A DNA stretch of 32,000 nt from an uncultured cyanobacterium. GTDB lineage: Bacteria; Cyanobacteriota; Cyanobacteriia; Cyanobacteriales; CAWUOF01. The notes beneath the pieces were generated by a model. The model searched no databases and had not been told where the DNA came from. It saw only the letters and a list, made by a program, of their open reading frames with translations. Both the position numbers and the translations under genes were made by a program. Of the stretch, positions 29,949-32,000 are shown in pieces. The stretch covers positions 5,394,500 through 5,426,499 of the forward strand of contig CAVUSO010000001.1 of assembly GCA_963744145.1 (NCBI GenBank), given 5' to 3'. Every line of letters begins with the position of its first letter. The first letter of the stretch is position 1.

Positions 29949-31271
29949 TTAAGTTCTCCCATTCACAAATAATCCCTCCACAATTACAGACGGAGTATAA
30001 CAAGCACCATTCCAATCCGCATCACCACCGATTTCTACAATATGGTTTAAAGCTGTATAAACATTTCCAGCTACCATAGTGTCTTTCACTCGACCAATTA
30101 CTTGACCATTCTTTACGAGATAACCAAGCTCAACATTAATCGAAAAATCACCGGAAATCCCGGCACTACTACCGAGAATTTGATCAACAATTAATCCATC
30201 ACCTAGAGTAGCAATTAAATCAAGTAAAGGACGTTTCCCTGGATCAATCATCAGGTTAAATAAACCTGGAGTGGGATAGCTGCCTAAACTGGGCCGAAAT
30301 CCATTCCCCGTGGAACTACTCCCTAGCGATCGACCTACAGTGCGATCGGTATAAAATAGTTGTAAGATCCCATTTTGGATAAACACCAAAGGCCAAGTAC
30401 GAGAACCTTCATCATCAAATGGACAACTAAATGGCCCTGCATCCGGTTGTTGACGTAAGGTAAGCAGAGGGGATACCACTGATTCACCCAAGCGATCGCT
30501 CCAAGGGGAAGCTTTTTCCAGGACTTGTTTCCCATTCAGGGCAGTTTGAACTGTTCCCCACAGCATATCCGCAGCTTTGGCTGTAAATAAAATGGGTATC
30601 CGGCCAGTTGGGGGCGCAACATTATTTTTAGCCCAATCAAGCCGCTGCAAAATTTGATGGATCAGAGCTAAGGGTTCAAGACTACCCCGTTGAGTTTGGC
30701 CATCAGAGACACAGAGTAAGTCATCATTGCGAACCCACTCAGCGGCTAGATAACAACTAAGAGTAGTGTCAGTATAACCACAATCTAATCCATGGGAATT
30801 AATTAAGCGAGTAGTTTCAATTTCGCATTCCCATTCTGCGGTGCAAAGGATTTCTGGGTTAGCATCTCGAATTAAAGCGATCGCTTCTTTTCCCCAACCG
30901 ATTAATTGCTCGACCGGCACCACTTGTCCGAGATCGGGATATTCGATCTGATCTGTAGGAGCAGCGATCTCAATCGTTTCTGGTTCATTCAAGGTGCTAA
31001 TCGCGATCGCCCGTTCCACCAGACTTTGAGGGTCGAATTGACCATAGGCCACGGCCAGACCTGGGCGACCATTGCGCCAGAGTCGGAGGGCTGTACCTTC
31101 TGATTGGATACTTTCTAATTGTTTGAGGCGGTTGGCTTCAAAAAAGATTGGTCGCGAAAGCGATCGCGAATGAAATACTTCGGCGGCTTGACTGCCTGAC
31201 TTATGTGCTAACTCAAGCAGTTGTTCTGCTAGCTCATTTAATTGCAAATTCTCAGAACCCATAAAAGGCAA
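29949..31271 (-). CDS. pmbA: TldD/PmbA-family metalloprotease (PmbA-like, 440 aa)
   Basis: N-terminus LLELAHKSGSQAAEVF...EGTALRLWRNGRPGLA. C-terminal GNGFR, GDFSINVELGYLVKNG and a TPSVIVEGL-type ending are typical of the family. Confidence 0.8.
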   Translation of the reverse strand: MPFMGSENLQLNELAEQLLELAHKSGSQAAEVFHSRSLSRPIFFEANRLKQLESIQSEGTALRLWRNGRPGLAVAYGQFDPQSLVERAIAISTLNEPETIEIAAPTDQIEYPDLGQVVPVEQLIGWGKEAIALIRDANPEILCTAEWECEIETTRLINSHGLDCGYTDTTLSCYLAAEWVRNDDLLCVSDGQTQRGSLEPLALIHQILQRLDWAKNNVAPPTGRIPILFTAKAADMLWGTVQTALNGKQVLEKASPWSDRLGESVVSPLLTLRQQPDAGPFSCPFDDEGSRTWPLVFIQNGILQLFYTDRTVGRSLGSSSTGNGFRPSLGSYPTPGLFNLMIDPGKRPLLDLIATLGDGLIVDQILGSSAGISGDFSINVELGYLVKNGQVIGRVKDTMVAGNVYTALNHIVEIGGDADWNGACYTPSVIVEGLFVNGRT

Positions 31272-31354
31272 AACTCAGAACTGTGCCAATCCAAAAGCCA
31301 CAACTCAAAATTACTTCTGACTTGAACACTTCTGACTCCTGAATTGTTTTTACT

Positions 31355-32000
31355 TTACGCTAAATTGACTTCTTGTAATAACCAAAATCCAGCAAATGAT
31401 TCTGATTGGGGATGATCTTGCACGGCTAAAAAATGGACTTGTGCCGCTTTTTGTTTAGCTTGAGCAAATTTTTGTGCTTCTGCTTGGAGTTGAGGTTGGT
31501 TAAGATTAGCCAAAATCCAGGCTTCACTAGCTCCAGTTTCTAGGAGTAATCGGGCTGGGGGTTCTCCTTCTACTTTGAGAAAAGCTAAATCTAATCCTGA
31601 TGCCCAACCAGCGAGAGCTAAGGCCCGATTTGAAAAAATCACGACTCCAGGAATGGGGCTAGTTGGATCTAGGGGTGCAGTCACACCTTTTTTGTCGCCA
31701 ATTTGCAAAGGAAAAGCTTCCTGAAAGTCTATTGGCCATTCTCTCATGTCCTCAAAGTCCTGAGCTGCTAAGGTGACAAATGCCCACTTTTCCCCAATTA
31801 AAGCTTCGGGTAGGGGCTGATTTGCAGATGGTTCAAACCTTATTCCTGCTGCTATTGCGGCTGGATCAAATCCAGGTTGTTCAGGGTAAATAGTTTGCAT
31901 TCGTTCTTCTAACCATTGATGTAGCGCATAGGTTCGTCGGCTTGGTTGCGGTTGAATCCCTAAATCATTGCAGGCTTTGGTAATCATATTATTCATCTGA
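31355..32000 (-). CDS. Tab2-like (DUF1092) RNA-binding protein, C-terminal part; likely continues beyond the window
   Basis: The frame is still open at 32000. Segments ACNDLGIQPQPSRRTYALHQWLEER and HFLAVQDHPQSESFAGFWLLQE resemble my recollection of cyanobacterial Tab2 homologues. This is a weak assignment. Confidence 0.4.
   Translation of the reverse strand, partial: QMNNMITKACNDLGIQPQPSRRTYALHQWLEERMQTIYPEQPGFDPAAIAAGIRFEPSANQPLPEALIGEKWAFVTLAAQDFEDMREWPIDFQEAFPLQIGDKKGVTAPLDPTSPIPGVVIFSNRALALAGWASGLDLAFLKVEGEPPARLLLETGASEAWILANLNQPQLQAEAQKFAQAKQKAAQVHFLAVQDHPQSESFAGFWLLQEVNLA

Noticed and set aside
29858-30079. 73-aa plus-strand ORF at the pmbA 3' end
   Set aside because: It overlaps the conserved PmbA C-terminus on the opposite strand, has no motifs and starts at TTG only.
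1-32000. Dozens of GCGATCGC palindromes, considered as possible regulatory or restriction-related sites
   Set aside because: This is the HIP1 highly iterated palindrome, characteristic of many cyanobacterial genomes. It occurs inside genes and between them alike. It is useful only as a taxonomic marker and perhaps as a recombination substrate.

Overview
AT-rich cyanobacterial chromosomal segment; the HIP1 octamer GCGATCGC occurs dozens of times. I saw no rRNA, tRNA or CRISPR array. Conserved housekeeping genes are mutL (3' part), three tandem SGNH hydrolases, a pentapeptide-repeat gene, glmM, a Crp-family regulator, an M61 peptidase, a TerB-like gene, nadA, an ArsM-like methyltransferase, pmbA/tldD and a Tab2-like gene. 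Two heavily rearranged accessory mosaics interrupt them. Mosaic 1 (about 4.9-14.4 kb) holds BrnT/BrnA, a DUF433/DUF5615 pair, three Uma2 nuclease genes plus a chimeric Uma2::DUF433 ORF, and a signal-peptide Gly-zipper protein with a small membrane partner. It also holds an HTH-NB-ARC STAND NTPase with a decayed duplicate, a retropepsin-like protease pair and a GUN4-domain membrane protein. Mosaic 2 (about 21.7-29.8 kb) holds decayed and intact VapBC-type modules, MNT with a truncated HEPN, a second DUF433/DUF5615 pair and a fourth intact Uma2 gene. Its most interesting locus is a two-gene NLR module at 23093-25121. There, a small helical protein ends with the same ~25-aa N/Q/G-rich motif that opens the adjacent NB-ARC/TPR protein, which is the architecture of amyloid-templated NLR signalling. 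Short repeated junction sequences, in-frame fusion scars and truncated genes show that cassettes in both mosaics have been shuffled repeatedly. Three single-base frame disruptions (pentapeptide gene, nadA, NB-ARC/TPR), plus a suspected one at the DUF5615 start, sit at short homopolymers. They may be assembly errors rather than biology. All family assignments come from motif recognition by eye; no searches were run.
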